Shown: positions 11,160-21,638, numbered from the stretch's first letter. The stretch: 64,000 nt of DNA from Steroidobacteraceae bacterium (GCA_035513555.1 DATKBY010000041.1:21272-85271), one strand, 5' to 3'. A program made the numbers and translations. The notes: generated by a model from the letters alone, not told the origin.

Positions 11160-11709
11160 ACCGGTCTGCGCCTGCGGCCGGCGCCGGCTGCTGCGAGGAC
11201 TCGCCTGCGTGGTGCCGGTGCTACTGCTGCTGCCGGCGCGCGCCAATACAGCGGTTTCCGGCGACCGCCGGCTCGTAGTCGTCAATACCCATACCGGCGA
11301 GACGCTGGACGCCCTGTTCGTCCGCGCTGGCGTTCACGACCCCGCGGTGCTTGGACGACTGGACTGGCTGTTTCGCGATCACCGCACCGGCGGCGTGCTG
11401 CCGATCGCACAAGGCCTGTTCGACCTGTTGTACGAACTCGCGGCCGCAGCTGCCCGCGAACCACGCTATGAAATCGTCTCCGGTTACCGTTCGGCCGCGA
11501 CCAATGCGATGCTCGCGTCGGCGACCGCCGGCGTGTCGTCGAACAGCCTGCACATGCAAGGCCGTGCGATCGACGTCCGCCTCACGGGCTACCCGACGGA
11601 AAAACTGCGCGACCTGGCGCTTTCGAGGCGCATTGGCGGTGTCGGCTATTATGCGACGTCCGATTTCGTGCACCTGGACCTCGGCGCCGTGCGCAGCTGG
11701 TCCGGGTGA
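11137..11709 (+). CDS. mepK: DUF882 / peptidase M15A family murein endopeptidase (YcbK/MepK-like), Tat signal
   Basis: Starts at the ATG at 11137 inside the longer track ORF. Has a twin-arginine signal (GRRRLLRG), then NTHTGE...SGYRS..TN...HMQGRAIDV...GGVGYY..SDFVHLD, colinear with E. coli YcbK. Confidence 0.8.
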   Translation: MSRRVTAEPVCACGRRRLLRGLACVVPVLLLLPARANTAVSGDRRLVVVNTHTGETLDALFVRAGVHDPAVLGRLDWLFRDHRTGGVLPIAQGLFDLLYELAAAAAREPRYEIVSGYRSAATNAMLASATAGVSSNSLHMQGRAIDVRLTGYPTEKLRDLALSRRIGGVGYYATSDFVHLDLGAVRSWSG

Positions 11710-12162
11710 TTGCAGGCGGGAATGACGACGCCGATTCACCGACGAGTCGATGCGCTGCGTGCCGGTGACGATCCGACATTCGTCGCGCGGCTCGCGTCGG
11801 GATGGGCCGTGCTCGGCGAGCGGCAGGTGCTGCCCGGCTACTGCCTGCTGTTGCCCGACCCGGTCGTGCCCACGCTGAATGCACTCGCCGGCGCGGAGCG
11901 CGCCGCGTTCCTCGCCGACATGGCCGCGCTCGGCGACGCAGTGCTCTCGGCCACGCGCGCGGTGCGAATCAACTATGCGATCTTCGGCAATCAGGATCCG
12001 GCGCTGCATGCCCATGTCATACCGCGCTTTCACGACGAGCCGGCGCCGTTCGTGACCGCACAGCCGTGGGCCTACGACTGGGAGCTGGCGCCGACGTTCG
12101 ACCGGGAAGAACACCGCGAGCTGCGCGACCGGATCCACGCGGCGCTCGGGCGGAAGGCGTAA
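11710..12162 (+). CDS. HIT-family nucleotide hydrolase/transferase-like protein
   Basis: 150 aa with GNQDPALHAHVIPR, a histidine triad in which the first His is Ala. TTG at 11710 directly follows the upstream stop. ATG at 11722 is an alternative start. Confidence 0.7.
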   Translation: MQAGMTTPIHRRVDALRAGDDPTFVARLASGWAVLGERQVLPGYCLLLPDPVVPTLNALAGAERAAFLADMAALGDAVLSATRAVRINYAIFGNQDPALHAHVIPRFHDEPAPFVTAQPWAYDWELAPTFDREEHRELRDRIHAALGRKA

Positions 12163-12167
12163 CAGGC

Positions 12168-13205
12168 GTGCAAGTCGTCCATTCACCGCAGCACGCGCTG
12201 CATGACGGCGGCGTCGAACTGCATCGCGGCGCGCTGGTGCCGAGCTTCGAATCGCCGGAGCGCGTGCACTTCATCCTCGCAGCGCTCGAGCGCGCCGGTT
12301 TCGCCGTGGTGCCCCCGCGCGATGTCCCGCAGGACCGCCTGTTGCGCGTGCACGACCCGGCGTTCGTCGAATTCCTGCAAGGCGCCTGGGCACGCTGGAC
12401 CGCGAAGGGCAGGGACGGATCGATGCTGCCGAGTGGCTTTCCGGCCCGCGGATTGCGGCGCGACCACCGGCCCTCCGGCATCCACGGCGCGATGGGCTGG
12501 TACACCTTCGATGCGAGCACGCCGATCGTGGCCGGCACCTGGGACGCCGCGCTCGCGGCGGCACGCTGCGCGATGACGGCGGCCGCGCTCGTGTCCGAGG
12601 GCGCGGCTACCGCCTATGCGCTGTGCCGCCCACCCGGACACCATGCGGGGACGAGCTTCTACGGCGGATACTGCTATCTGAACAACGCGGCGCTCGCCGC
12701 GCAGTACCTGCTCGATCACGGCAGCAAGCGCATAGCGGTGCTGGACGTCGACTACCACCATGGCAACGGCACGCAGGAGATCTTCTGGCAGCGCGACGAC
12801 GTGCTGTTCGTGTCGCTGCACGCGACCCCGGACTCCGAGTATCCGTATTTTCTCGGTTACGCGGACGAACGCGGCGCCGGGCGCGGCGAGGGCTGCACAC
12901 TGAACCTGCCGCTGCCGCTCGGTACAGCCTGGCCGGAGTACCGGGCTGCGCTGGACGTCGCACTGGATACGATCGGGCGCTTTGCGCCGGATGCGCTTGT
13001 CGTGTCGCTCGGCGTCGACACTTTCGAAGCGGATCCGATCAGTGCATTCCGGCTGCAGCAGGCCGACTATGCCCGCATGGGAGCCTGCCTCGCGGCGTCC
13101 GGCCTGCCTGCGGTCTTCGTGCAGGAAGGCGGCTATGCGGTCGCCGAAATCGGCGCCAACGTGGCGGCCGTGCTCGGCGAATTCTCCGCGTGCATTACAC
13201 TTTGA
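12168..13205 (+). CDS. histone deacetylase-family amidohydrolase (acetylpolyamine/acetoin-utilisation type)
   Basis: Starts at GTG 12168 within track ORF 11802-13205. N-terminus VQVVHSPQHALH..., with PPGHHA and DVDYHHGNGTQ metal/catalytic motifs. Confidence 0.85.
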   Translation: MQVVHSPQHALHDGGVELHRGALVPSFESPERVHFILAALERAGFAVVPPRDVPQDRLLRVHDPAFVEFLQGAWARWTAKGRDGSMLPSGFPARGLRRDHRPSGIHGAMGWYTFDASTPIVAGTWDAALAAARCAMTAAALVSEGAATAYALCRPPGHHAGTSFYGGYCYLNNAALAAQYLLDHGSKRIAVLDVDYHHGNGTQEIFWQRDDVLFVSLHATPDSEYPYFLGYADERGAGRGEGCTLNLPLPLGTAWPEYRAALDVALDTIGRFAPDALVVSLGVDTFEADPISAFRLQQADYARMGACLAASGLPAVFVQEGGYAVAEIGANVAAVLGEFSACITL

Positions 13206-13207
13206 CG

Positions 13208-13546
13208 ATGGCCGTCAATGCCGACTACCGCGATTTCGTGCTTGAGCAGCTGCGGCCGGCCGGGCAGGTCACGACGCGCCGCATGTTCGGCGGCATCGGC
13301 CTCTATCTCGACGGGCTGTTCTTCGCGCTGATCGACGACGACACGCTGTACTTCAAGACCGACGACACGAACCGGCCGCGCTACGAGGCGGCCGAATCTC
13401 AGCCGTTCTGCCCGTATCCGGACCGGCCGGACAAGGCGATGGCTTACTGGCAGGTGCCGGCCGAGGTACTCGAGGACGCCGACGAACTCTCGGTCTGGGC
13501 GCGCGAGGCAATGTCCGTCGCGCTGAAGGTGAAGACCCGCCGATGA
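13208..13546 (+). CDS. TfoX/Sxy N-terminal domain protein
   Basis: 112 aa starting at ATG 13208: MAVNADYRDFVLEQL...RRMFGGIGLYLDGLFFALIDDDTLYFKTDD, the TfoX_N pattern. Confidence 0.75.
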   Translation: MAVNADYRDFVLEQLRPAGQVTTRRMFGGIGLYLDGLFFALIDDDTLYFKTDDTNRPRYEAAESQPFCPYPDRPDKAMAYWQVPAEVLEDADELSVWAREAMSVALKVKTRR

Positions 13547-14190
13547 CGCCCGAAAACCTGCGTCGGGACTGGGAGCCGAGAATCATCCAGTTCGTCTGCG
13601 CGCAGCCGGGCAGTGATCCTGGCCACGGGCCCGTGCATCTGCGGCGTGTCGTCGCCGCGGCCCTCGCGCTCGCGGAGGCGGAGAATGCGCGCACCGACAT
13701 CGTGCTGCCCGCGGCCTGGCTGCACGACTGCGTGCACGTCGCCAAGGATTCTCCCGACCGGGCGCGCGCCTCGCGCCTGGCCGCGGCGCACGCGGTGTCC
13801 TTCCTGCAGGCAGCCGGCTACCCGGCGGATGCGCTGCCGGCGATCGCCCACGCGATCGAGGCGCACAGTTATTCCGCCGGCATTCCGCCGCGGACGATCG
13901 AAGCGAGGGTCGTGCAGGACGCGGACCGGCTGGATGCGCTGGGCGCCATCGGCATCGCGCGCTGCATCGCGGTCGGCAGCGCGCTCGGCCGGCCGCTGTA
14001 CGACCCGGACGATCCCTTCTGCGAGTCGCGCATCCCGGATGACGCGAGCGCCTCGATCGACCACTTCTACACGAAGCTGCTCAAACTGTCCGCCACGATG
14101 CAGACCGAAGCGGGCAGGCAGGAAGCGGAGCGGCGCACGGCGTTCATCCGCGCATTCATCGGACAGCTGCGCTCCGAGATCGCGCGATGA
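13543..14190 (+). CDS. HD-domain phosphohydrolase
   Basis: 215 aa with H...HD metal motifs (HGPVHLRRV, AWLHD, QDADRLDALGAIG). ATGA overlap with the upstream gene. Confidence 0.8.
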   Translation: MTPENLRRDWEPRIIQFVCAQPGSDPGHGPVHLRRVVAAALALAEAENARTDIVLPAAWLHDCVHVAKDSPDRARASRLAAAHAVSFLQAAGYPADALPAIAHAIEAHSYSAGIPPRTIEARVVQDADRLDALGAIGIARCIAVGSALGRPLYDPDDPFCESRIPDDASASIDHFYTKLLKLSATMQTEAGRQEAERRTAFIRAFIGQLRSEIAR

Positions 14191-14816
14191 CCCGCCGCGT
14201 CACGGCCGACGACGCGCTGGCGCGGCTGCGCGCCGGCAATGCGCGATTCGCCGCCCATGTGCGCAGCCATGACTCGCTCGCAAGCGCGGCGCGGCGCGCC
14301 GAGCTCGTCGTCGCGCAGGAGCCATGCGCCATCGTGCTCGGCTGTTCCGATTCGAGGGTTCCGGTCGAGATCGTCTTCGACCAGGGGCCGGGCGACCTGT
14401 TCGTGATCCGTGTTGCCGGCAACATCGTGGCGCCGTCGCTGATCGGCAGTGTCGAGTTCGCGGCGGAGCGATTCGGCACGCGTCTGGTCGTCGTGCTGGG
14501 TCACACGTCCTGTGGCGCGATCATGGCGACGATCGAGGAGTTGCACCGTCCGAAGCAGAACCAGTCGCCGAACCTGAAGGCGATCGTTGACCGCATCCGG
14601 CCGGGCGTCGCGGCGCTCGTCAGTCACGATACGGGCGGAAACGAAGCTGCGCTCGAGCAATCGGCGATGCGCGCGAACATCCTTGCGTCGGTCAACCAGT
14701 TGCGGCGCGGGTCGGCGATCATCGAAGGACTGATCGATGCCGAGGGACTGCGGGTGGTCGGCGCCTGGTATTCGCTCGACACCGGCGTCGTTCAGTTTCT
14801 GGAAGAAACGCTCTAG
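14187..14816 (+). CDS. beta-class carbonic anhydrase
   Basis: 209 aa with the CSDSR and HTSCGA zinc-ligand motifs. ATGA overlap with the HD gene. Confidence 0.9.
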   Translation: MTRRVTADDALARLRAGNARFAAHVRSHDSLASAARRAELVVAQEPCAIVLGCSDSRVPVEIVFDQGPGDLFVIRVAGNIVAPSLIGSVEFAAERFGTRLVVVLGHTSCGAIMATIEELHRPKQNQSPNLKAIVDRIRPGVAALVSHDTGGNEAALEQSAMRANILASVNQLRRGSAIIEGLIDAEGLRVVGAWYSLDTGVVQFLEETL

Positions 14817-15805
14817 CCGAGCGCCTCCACGAAGGTCGCGGTGTCCACGTTGCCGCCCGTGATGGCGATCGCGATCGTACGGCCGTGGGTCGGCACACGC
14901 CCGGCCAGGACCGCCGCGAGTGCGACCGCTCCGCCGGGCTCGATCACGATGCGCAGGTGGCGGAAGCCCCAGGCCATCGCGATCCGGACCTCCATATCGC
15001 CGACCGTGACGCCGCCGGCCAGCAGGTCGCGCATCAGGGCGAAATTCAGCACGCCCGGGGACGGCGACATCAGGGCGTCGCAGATCGAGCGCGCGCCAGG
15101 AGCGTTCGCCAGCCGGTGGCCCGCCTCGAGCGAGCGGCGCGTGTCGTCGAATCCTTCGGGCTCCACGGCGAGCACTTCGGTCGTCGGCGAAAGCGTGCGG
15201 ATGGCAAGCGCCGAACCGCTGATGAGGCCGCCGCCGCTGCAGCCGATCAGCACCTGGTCCGGTGTCAGATCCAGTTCGCGCGCCTGCTGCATCAGTTCGA
15301 GTCCCACCGTGCCCTGGCCCGCAATGACGTGCGGATCGTCAAAGGCCGGGACGAGCGTCGCACCGGTTTCGGTTGCGAGCCGCGCGGCGATCAGCTCGCG
15401 GCTCTCGCGATCGCGATCGTAGAGCACGATGGCGGCGCCCAGCGAACGCGTGCCCTCAAGCTTCGCGCGCGGCGCGTCGGCTGGCATGACGATCGTCGCG
15501 TCGATGCCGAGCATCCGCGCCGCCGCCGCCACGCCCTGGGCATGGTTTCCGGACGAGAACGCGACGACGCCGCGGCTGCGCGCGTCGGCGTCGAGCTGGA
15601 CCAGCCGGTTATACGCGCCGCGAATCTTGAAGGAGCCCGTGCGCTGCAGGGACTCGAGCTTCAGCAGCACGCGCCCGCCGGTCAGTTCGTCGAGCGGCGT
15701 GCCGGCCAGGAGCGGCGTGCGCCGGGCGATTCCCGCCAGGCGGCGGGCGGCCGCCTGCACATCGTCAAAGCGGGGGAGGCCGGCAGGTTCGAGATCCGCA
15801 TTCAT
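14813..15805 (-). CDS. PLP-dependent threonine/serine dehydratase (fold type II)
   Basis: 330 aa with SFKIRGA (PLP Lys) and the CSGGGLISG glycine loop. Confidence 0.88.
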   Translation of the reverse strand: MNADLEPAGLPRFDDVQAAARRLAGIARRTPLLAGTPLDELTGGRVLLKLESLQRTGSFKIRGAYNRLVQLDADARSRGVVAFSSGNHAQGVAAAARMLGIDATIVMPADAPRAKLEGTRSLGAAIVLYDRDRESRELIAARLATETGATLVPAFDDPHVIAGQGTVGLELMQQARELDLTPDQVLIGCSGGGLISGSALAIRTLSPTTEVLAVEPEGFDDTRRSLEAGHRLANAPGARSICDALMSPSPGVLNFALMRDLLAGGVTVGDMEVRIAMAWGFRHLRIVIEPGGAVALAAVLAGRVPTHGRTIAIAITGGNVDTATFVEALG

Positions 15806-15813
15806 CCAGTGAT

Positions 15814-16269
15814 ATGGTACGCCGCATGCAGCGCAGTTTCCGCATGGCGCACCTCGTCGGCGGCGCGGTCGCGGTCGTCGCTTTCCTGATCAGCGGCCAG
15901 ATCATGGGTCGTCACGAGCCGCCGGTAGCCGCGATGGAATGGAGCGAACGCCTCCTGTTCCGTTCGCGTCACATCTATCTGTTGTGTGCCGGCCTGGTCA
16001 ACCTGGCGATCGGCGTCCATTACCTGCTGCCGGCGCATGCCGCGCGCCGCGCAGCCGCCGTCGCAGGTTCGCTGCTTGTGCTGGCAAGCGCGGTGCTGCT
16101 CTTCTTCGCGTTCTTCGCCGAGCGATGGCGGGCAGGCTGCCGGGCGCCACCAGCAGCCTCGGACTCTTCGCCCTGTTCGGCGGCGTGCTGCTCTACACGA
16201 TCGTCAGCCTGCGCCGCAAGCACGGAGTGCCGCATGAATCCTGATCCGGTCTGGCGCATCAGCCCATGA
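15814..16269 (+). CDS. small multi-pass membrane protein, apparently frameshifted near 16115-16130
   Basis: Three hydrophobic helices lie in the 15814 frame. After about 16125 that frame turns Cys/Ser/Ala-rich with poor GC3. The adjacent frame (ATG 16125 to stop 16244) has high GC3 and encodes a fourth helix, SSLGLFALFGGVLLYTIVSL. The true start may be ATG 15826 or 15844. Confidence 0.5.
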   Translation: MVRRMQRSFRMAHLVGGAVAVVAFLISGQIMGRHEPPVAAMEWSERLLFRSRHIYLLCAGLVNLAIGVHYLLPAHAARRAAAVAGSLLVLASAVLLFFAFFAERWRAGCRAPPAASDSSPCSAACCSTRSSACAASTECRMNPDPVWRISP

Positions 16270-16703
16270 ACAGCTTCGACGGGCGTTGCCTCTGCGGCGC
16301 GGTGCGCTTCTCGGTGACGCCGCCTTCACTTTTCTTTGCGCATTGCCATTGCCACTACTGCCGCGAAGCGCATGGCGCGCCGTTCGTCAGCTGGGTCGGC
16401 TGCCGGGAGGATCGCTTCCGTCTGCTGCCGGGTTCCGCGGAACCGCTCTGGCATTCGTCGTCACGGCAGAGTCGCCGGGGATTCTGTGCGGACTGCGGCA
16501 CGACGCTTTTTTTCGCATCGACGCTGTGCCCGGGAGAGATCCATGTCGAGCGGACCGCGATCCGCGGCCCCATCGACCGTGAGCCGCAATGTCACGTATT
16601 CTACGACCAGCGCGCGGGCTGGTTCGAACCCGGCGATTCGCTGCCCCGCTATGCGAGCACGGATCCGGGTCTCGCGAAGTACCGATCCGTCACCGAGGAT
16701 TGA
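16266..16703 (+). CDS. GFA-family (CENP-V/glutathione-dependent formaldehyde-activating-like) zinc protein
   Basis: 145 aa with cysteine clusters [14 protein letters not shown] and CADCGT. Confidence 0.8.
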   Translation: MNSFDGRCLCGAVRFSVTPPSLFFAHCHCHYCREAHGAPFVSWVGCREDRFRLLPGSAEPLWHSSSRQSRRGFCADCGTTLFFASTLCPGEIHVERTAIRGPIDREPQCHVFYDQRAGWFEPGDSLPRYASTDPGLAKYRSVTED

Positions 16704-18771
16704 GGTCGCGGATCAGGCCCGTCAGGTCCGCAATCGGGTCAGAGCACTGCGGCCCCCGGCAGACGTAGGCGACCGTGCCACTGCGTAACGCTTTCGCGGC
16801 AAGCGTCTCCGGGAGTCCGGCGGCATTCGCCGGTATCCCGATGATCATGCGTCGCGGCGCGTAACAAGCGGCGAGCGCCGCCGACCACGCCGCGATGGCG
16901 TCCGCCGATCCGCGGATCACCACGATCTCGCCCGGTTCGAGATGCTCGTCGAGTGCATTCAGCATCGCCGTATGGGCCTGCGGCACCCGCGAGAACGACT
17001 GAAACCCGCCACGCAGCGTGCCTTCCGCCGCATCGAGATACCGCAAGTCGCCGAGCAGCCAGCCGAGCCGCGCAAGCGCCCGGGCCGCGATTCCGTTGCC
17101 CGAAGGCGTCGCATCATCGGCGAAGCTCTTCGGCCGGTGCAGCGGCGGGTCCTGGCCGCTCGCCGTGAACCAGAAACCGCCGCGCCCGGGATCCCGGAAT
17201 CGCTCCAGCAGGTCGTCGGCGAGTTCGCGCGCGAACTCGAGATCCTGCGCGCGGAACCGGGCCTGCAACAGCTCGAGCAGCGCGTCGAGCAGGAAAGCGT
17301 AGTCGTCGAGGTAGGCGGGAAATCGCGCCTGCCCGTCCTTCCATGCCGCGAGAAGCTCGCCGTCCTTCCAGCAATGCCGGCGCAGGAAGTCCACGGTGCG
17401 TACGGCGGCGTTGACATGCGATTCTTCGCCGAGCAGCCGGCCACTGATCGCGAGCCCGCGCACCATGAGACCGTTCCAGGCGGTCAGCACCTTGTCGTCG
17501 CGGCCGGGCCGGACGCGCGCTTCGCGCGCGGCGAAGAGTTTTGCGCGGCCGGCGTCCAGGAGTGCCGAGACGCGGTCGGTCTCCAGACGGGTTTCGGCGG
17601 CGATCTGCTCGATGTCGACGAAGCAATGCAGGTGCCAGGCACCCTCGAAATTCGGTTCGCGGTCGAACCCGAAGCGTCTGGCGAGCACGCGGTACTCGTC
17701 GGCGGAGACGAGCGCCTCGACTTCGCCCGGCCGCCAGACGTAGAAACGGCCTTCGTGCCCTTCAGAGTCGGCATCGATCGTGGAATAGAACCCACCCTCG
17801 GGCGCGCACATTTCACGCAATGCCCATTCCGCCGTTTCCAGCGCCTTGCCGCGGTAGAACCCGTCGCCGGTCGCTACGGCCGTCTGGGCGAGCAGCGCGA
17901 GCAGCGGCCCGTTGTCGTAGAGCATCTTCTCGAAGTGCGGAATCATCCAGTACGGATCGACCGAGTAGCGGCTGAAGCCGCCGCCGAGCTGGTCATAAAT
18001 GCCGCCGTCGGCCATGCGCCTGAGGGTCAGCGTCGCCATGTAGAACGCCTTGAGATCCGGCTCCGGCGAACCGGACGTCGCCTGCCAGTCGCGCAGCAGG
18101 CGCTCGATGCTGGCCGGATGCGGAAATTTCGGCGCCGCCCCGAAGCCGCCGAAGCGCTGATCAAAGGACGACTCGAGCTCGCGGCGCGCGACGGCAATCG
18201 GCTCGCGCGACAGCACCGTGCCATCCGGCGCGGCAGGCGGAACGAGTTCACCGAACACATCGCGCAAGGACGCATTCTGCGTTTTCACGCTGTCCCGCTC
18301 GTCGCGATAGAACGCGGCGACCCGCTCCAGCAGGTCCGTGAAGGCGGGCAGGCCATGACGCGGCACCGACGGAAAGTAAGTGCCGCCGAAGAACGGCGTC
18401 AGGTCGTCCGGGGACAGGAACATCGTCAGCGGCCAGCCGCCGCCGCGCTGGGTCAGCATCTGGTGGGCGAGCTGGTACACCTTGTCGAGATCGGGCCGCT
18501 CTTCGCGATCGAGCTTGACGTTGACGAACAGCCGGTTCATCACCGCCGCCGTTGCCGCGTCCTCGAAGGATTCATGGGCCATCACATGGCACCAGTGACA
18601 GGCGGAATAGCCGATCGACAGCAGGATCGGCTTTTCCTCCGCAATCGCCTTTGCGATTGCCTCGGCACCCCAGGGATACCAGTCGACAGGATTCGCCGCG
18701 TGCTGCAGCAGGTAGGGGCTGGTCTCGTCGGCGAGGCGGTTCTGCGGTCCGCCGGATGACTTGGAATACAT
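16690..18771 (-). CDS. thioredoxin-domain protein (DUF255/YyaL family) with alpha/alpha-toroid C-terminal region
   Basis: 693 aa: [18 protein letters not shown]...[18 protein letters not shown], the canonical YyaL N-terminus. Confidence 0.88.
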   Translation of the reverse strand: MYSKSSGGPQNRLADETSPYLLQHAANPVDWYPWGAEAIAKAIAEEKPILLSIGYSACHWCHVMAHESFEDAATAAVMNRLFVNVKLDREERPDLDKVYQLAHQMLTQRGGGWPLTMFLSPDDLTPFFGGTYFPSVPRHGLPAFTDLLERVAAFYRDERDSVKTQNASLRDVFGELVPPAAPDGTVLSREPIAVARRELESSFDQRFGGFGAAPKFPHPASIERLLRDWQATSGSPEPDLKAFYMATLTLRRMADGGIYDQLGGGFSRYSVDPYWMIPHFEKMLYDNGPLLALLAQTAVATGDGFYRGKALETAEWALREMCAPEGGFYSTIDADSEGHEGRFYVWRPGEVEALVSADEYRVLARRFGFDREPNFEGAWHLHCFVDIEQIAAETRLETDRVSALLDAGRAKLFAAREARVRPGRDDKVLTAWNGLMVRGLAISGRLLGEESHVNAAVRTVDFLRRHCWKDGELLAAWKDGQARFPAYLDDYAFLLDALLELLQARFRAQDLEFARELADDLLERFRDPGRGGFWFTASGQDPPLHRPKSFADDATPSGNGIAARALARLGWLLGDLRYLDAAEGTLRGGFQSFSRVPQAHTAMLNALDEHLEPGEIVVIRGSADAIAAWSAALAACYAPRRMIIGIPANAAGLPETLAAKALRSGTVAYVCRGPQCSDPIADLTGLIRDLNPR

Positions 18772-18790
18772 GTCGCTGCGGCCGGTCGGG

Positions 18791-18796
18791 TAGAAT
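18791..18796 (+). promoter_or_regulatory. -10-like hexamer TAGAAT upstream of rlmI
   Basis: Lies in the 61-nt divergent gap, 36 nt before ATG 18833. No convincing -35. Confidence 0.2.
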
Positions 18797-18832
18797 TGCG
18801 GCCACTATAGCCACCGCGCTACGTTCCCGCGA

Positions 18833-20059
18833 ATGCATGACAATCCCGAATCCGCAGCCGCCGCCGGTGGCGATCTGCCGATCCTCGCGCTGAAGCCGCA
18901 GGAGGAACGCCGGCTGCAGGCCGGACACCTGTGGATCTTCTCGAACGAGGTCAATGTCGCCGCGACGCCGCTTACCGCCTTCGCTCCCGGCGCGCACGTC
19001 CAGGTGCGCTCGCAGCACGGCCGCTTCCTCGGCTACGCCTACGTCAATCCGCGCACGCTGATCAGCGCGCGGCTGCTGGGGCGCGACGCCGATTATCCGC
19101 CTGGCCGGTCGCTGCTGGTGCATCGCTTCCGCGTGGCGCTCGCGCTGCGCGAACGCATGTACGCCGCGCCGTTCTACAGGCTCGCATTCGGCGAAGCCGA
19201 CCTGCTACCCGGACTGGTGGTCGATCGATATGGCGACGTGATCGTCGCGCAGGTCGGGACCGCCGGCATGGAAGCGATGAAGGGAGAGATCATCGACGCG
19301 CTCGTCAAGGTGCTCGGGCCGCGCGCGATCCTGTGGAAGAACGATTCGCCGATTCGCGATCTCGAGGGCCTGGAACGCTATGTCGCGCCCGCCATGGGCG
19401 ACGTGCCGGATGCAGTAGAGGTGCCGGAAGGCGGCGTGCTGTTCCGCGTGCCGCTGGCCGCGGGGCAGAAGACCGGCTGGTATTTCGACCAGGCCGCCAA
19501 TCGCGCCGCGGTAAGGCGTCATGCCAAAGGCGCCCGCGTGCTCGACGTATTCAGCTATGCCGGAAGCTTCGGCCTGCAGGCGGCGCGCGCGGGCGCGGTT
19601 CAGGTGACCTGCGTCGACTCGTCAGCCGCAGCGCTTGAATCCGCAGCGGCGACGGCCGAGGCGAACGGGCTCGAGGCGGAACTGCTGCAGGGCGACGCCT
19701 TCGACACGCTAGAGATGCTGCATGGCGACCGCCGTCGATTCGACGTGGTCGTCGTGGATCCGCCGGCGTTCATCAAGCGCCGCAAGGACCATCCGAAGGG
19801 CCTGGCCGCATACCGCCGGCTGAACCAGCTCGCGCTGCAGGCGCTCGATCGCGACGGATTGCTGATGACTTGCTCCTGCTCGTACCATCTGGCGCCAGGC
19901 GAACTGACGGATGCGGTCCAGCGTGCGGCAAGACACCTGGGACGCTTCGCGCAGCTGATCGGCGTCGGAGCGCAGGCGCCGGACCACCCTGTGCATCCGG
20001 CCATCGACGAAACCCGCTACCTGCGCGCATTCCTGTTCCGGGTGACCGACTCATGCTGA
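18833..20059 (+). CDS. rlmI: class I SAM-dependent 23S rRNA (cytosine-C5) methyltransferase, RlmI-like
   Basis: 408 aa with a PUA-like N-terminus ([15 protein letters not shown]), SAM-binding [12 protein letters not shown] and DPPAF. Confidence 0.85.
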   Translation: MHDNPESAAAAGGDLPILALKPQEERRLQAGHLWIFSNEVNVAATPLTAFAPGAHVQVRSQHGRFLGYAYVNPRTLISARLLGRDADYPPGRSLLVHRFRVALALRERMYAAPFYRLAFGEADLLPGLVVDRYGDVIVAQVGTAGMEAMKGEIIDALVKVLGPRAILWKNDSPIRDLEGLERYVAPAMGDVPDAVEVPEGGVLFRVPLAAGQKTGWYFDQAANRAAVRRHAKGARVLDVFSYAGSFGLQAARAGAVQVTCVDSSAAALESAAATAEANGLEAELLQGDAFDTLEMLHGDRRRFDVVVVDPPAFIKRRKDHPKGLAAYRRLNQLALQALDRDGLLMTCSCSYHLAPGELTDAVQRAARHLGRFAQLIGVGAQAPDHPVHPAIDETRYLRAFLFRVTDSC

Positions 20060-20844
20060 CGTATCCCGACATCGACCCCGTGGCTTTCGCGATCGGACCG
20101 GTCAAGGTGCACTGGTACGGACTCATGTACGTGTTCGGCTTCGTCGCGGGCTGGTGGCTCGCGCGCCGGCGCGCTGCCGATCCCAGGTCCACCTGGAAAG
20201 CCGCCGACGTCGACGACCTCATATTTTTCGCCGCGATCGGCGTGATCGCCGGCGGCCGCCTCGGCTGGATCCTGGTCTACGGTTTCGACGTGCTGCGCGA
20301 GGATCCCTTCGCCATCCTGCGGGTGTGGGAGGGCGGCATGTCCTTTCATGGCGGGCTCGTCGGCGTCATGGCCGCGATCGCATTGTTCGCGTACCGTCGC
20401 GGCCGCCGGGTTGCGGACGTGTTCGACTTCACCGCGCCGCTGCCGGCCGTCGGACTGTTTGCCGGGCGCATCGGCAATTTCATCAACAGCGAACTCTGGG
20501 GCAAGCCGACGGATCTGCCATGGGGCGTGCTGGTGGACGGCAGGGCGCTCCATCCGTCGCAGCTTTACGAAGCGGCACTCGAAGGCATTGTGCTGTTCGC
20601 AATACTGTGGTGGTTCACGTCGAAGCCGAGGCCGCGGCTGGCTCCCGCCGGCCTGGTCCTGATCCTCTACGCCGTGTTCCGCATTGCCGTCGAGTTTGTG
20701 CGCGTACCGGACGCGCATCTCGACTATCTCGCATTCGGCTGGCTGACGATGGGCCAGCTCCTGTCGTTGCCCGTGCTCGCGGTCGGGCTCGCGATGTTCG
20801 GGTGGTCGCAGTTCCGCCGCCAGCCGTCGGGCAATTACGTCTGA
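20053..20844 (+). CDS. lgt: prolipoprotein diacylglyceryl transferase
   Basis: Starts at ATG 20053 inside track ORF 19870-20844: [26 protein letters not shown]...[13 protein letters not shown]. Confidence 0.95.
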   Translation: MLTYPDIDPVAFAIGPVKVHWYGLMYVFGFVAGWWLARRRAADPRSTWKAADVDDLIFFAAIGVIAGGRLGWILVYGFDVLREDPFAILRVWEGGMSFHGGLVGVMAAIALFAYRRGRRVADVFDFTAPLPAVGLFAGRIGNFINSELWGKPTDLPWGVLVDGRALHPSQLYEAALEGIVLFAILWWFTSKPRPRLAPAGLVLILYAVFRIAVEFVRVPDAHLDYLAFGWLTMGQLLSLPVLAVGLAMFGWSQFRRQPSGNYV

Positions 20845-21638
20845 TGCAGGCCTATCTCGACCTCATGCGGGACATCCGGCAGCACGGCCTGCGGAAGGCC
20901 GACCGCACCGGCACCGGCACGCTGTCGGTCTTCGGCCGGCAGCTGCGTTTCAACCTGGGCGACGGCTTTCCGCTCATCACGACCAAGCGGGTGCACCTGA
21001 AGTCCGTGATAGTGGAATTGCTGTGGTTCCTGCGCGGAGAGACGAACGTGCAGTCGTTGCGGGAGCAGGGCGTCACGATCTGGGATGAATGGGCTGATGC
21101 GGCAGGCGAACTGGGCCCCGTATACGGCCGCCAGTGGCGCGCCTGGCAGGCCGCGGACGGCAGGCGGATAGACCAGATCTCGCGCGTGATCCAGCAGTTG
21201 CGGGACGATCCCGATTCGCGGCGCATCATCGTCAGCGCCTGGAACGTGGGCGAACTCGACAGGATGGCGCTCGCACCGTGCCACACGCTGTTTCAGTTTT
21301 ACGTCGCCGACGGCAGACTCTCCTGCCAGGTGTATCAGCGCAGCGCGGACATCTTTCTCGGCGTGCCGTTCAACATCGCGTCCTATGCAGCGCTGACCCA
21401 CATCCTGGCGCAGCAGGCGGAGCTCGCCGTCGGGGACCTCGTCTGGACCGGCGGCGACTGCCACCTGTACCTGAACCATCTCGAGCAGGCCGATCAGCAG
21501 CTCGCGCGCCTGCCGAAATCGCTGCCGACGCTCACGTTGCTGCGGCGACCGCCCGATGTCGCAAGCTATGAGTACCAGGATTTCCAGATCGCCGGCTACG
21601 AACCGCATGCCGCCATCCGCGCGCCCGTCGCCGTCTGA
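20844..21638 (+). CDS. thyA: thymidylate synthase (ThyA type)
   Basis: Starts at ATG 20844, overlapping the lgt TGA: [11 protein letters not shown]...DRTGTGT...[12 protein letters not shown]. Confidence 0.97.
   Translation: MQAYLDLMRDIRQHGLRKADRTGTGTLSVFGRQLRFNLGDGFPLITTKRVHLKSVIVELLWFLRGETNVQSLREQGVTIWDEWADAAGELGPVYGRQWRAWQAADGRRIDQISRVIQQLRDDPDSRRIIVSAWNVGELDRMALAPCHTLFQFYVADGRLSCQVYQRSADIFLGVPFNIASYAALTHILAQQAELAVGDLVWTGGDCHLYLNHLEQADQQLARLPKSLPTLTLLRRPPDVASYEYQDFQIAGYEPHAAIRAPVAV

Noticed and set aside
16942-18759. 605-aa ORF antisense to the YyaL/DUF255 gene
   Set aside because: Same artefact. The sense-strand protein has the canonical thioredoxin-like N-terminus and high GC3, while the antisense product is Arg/Glu/Ala-rich.
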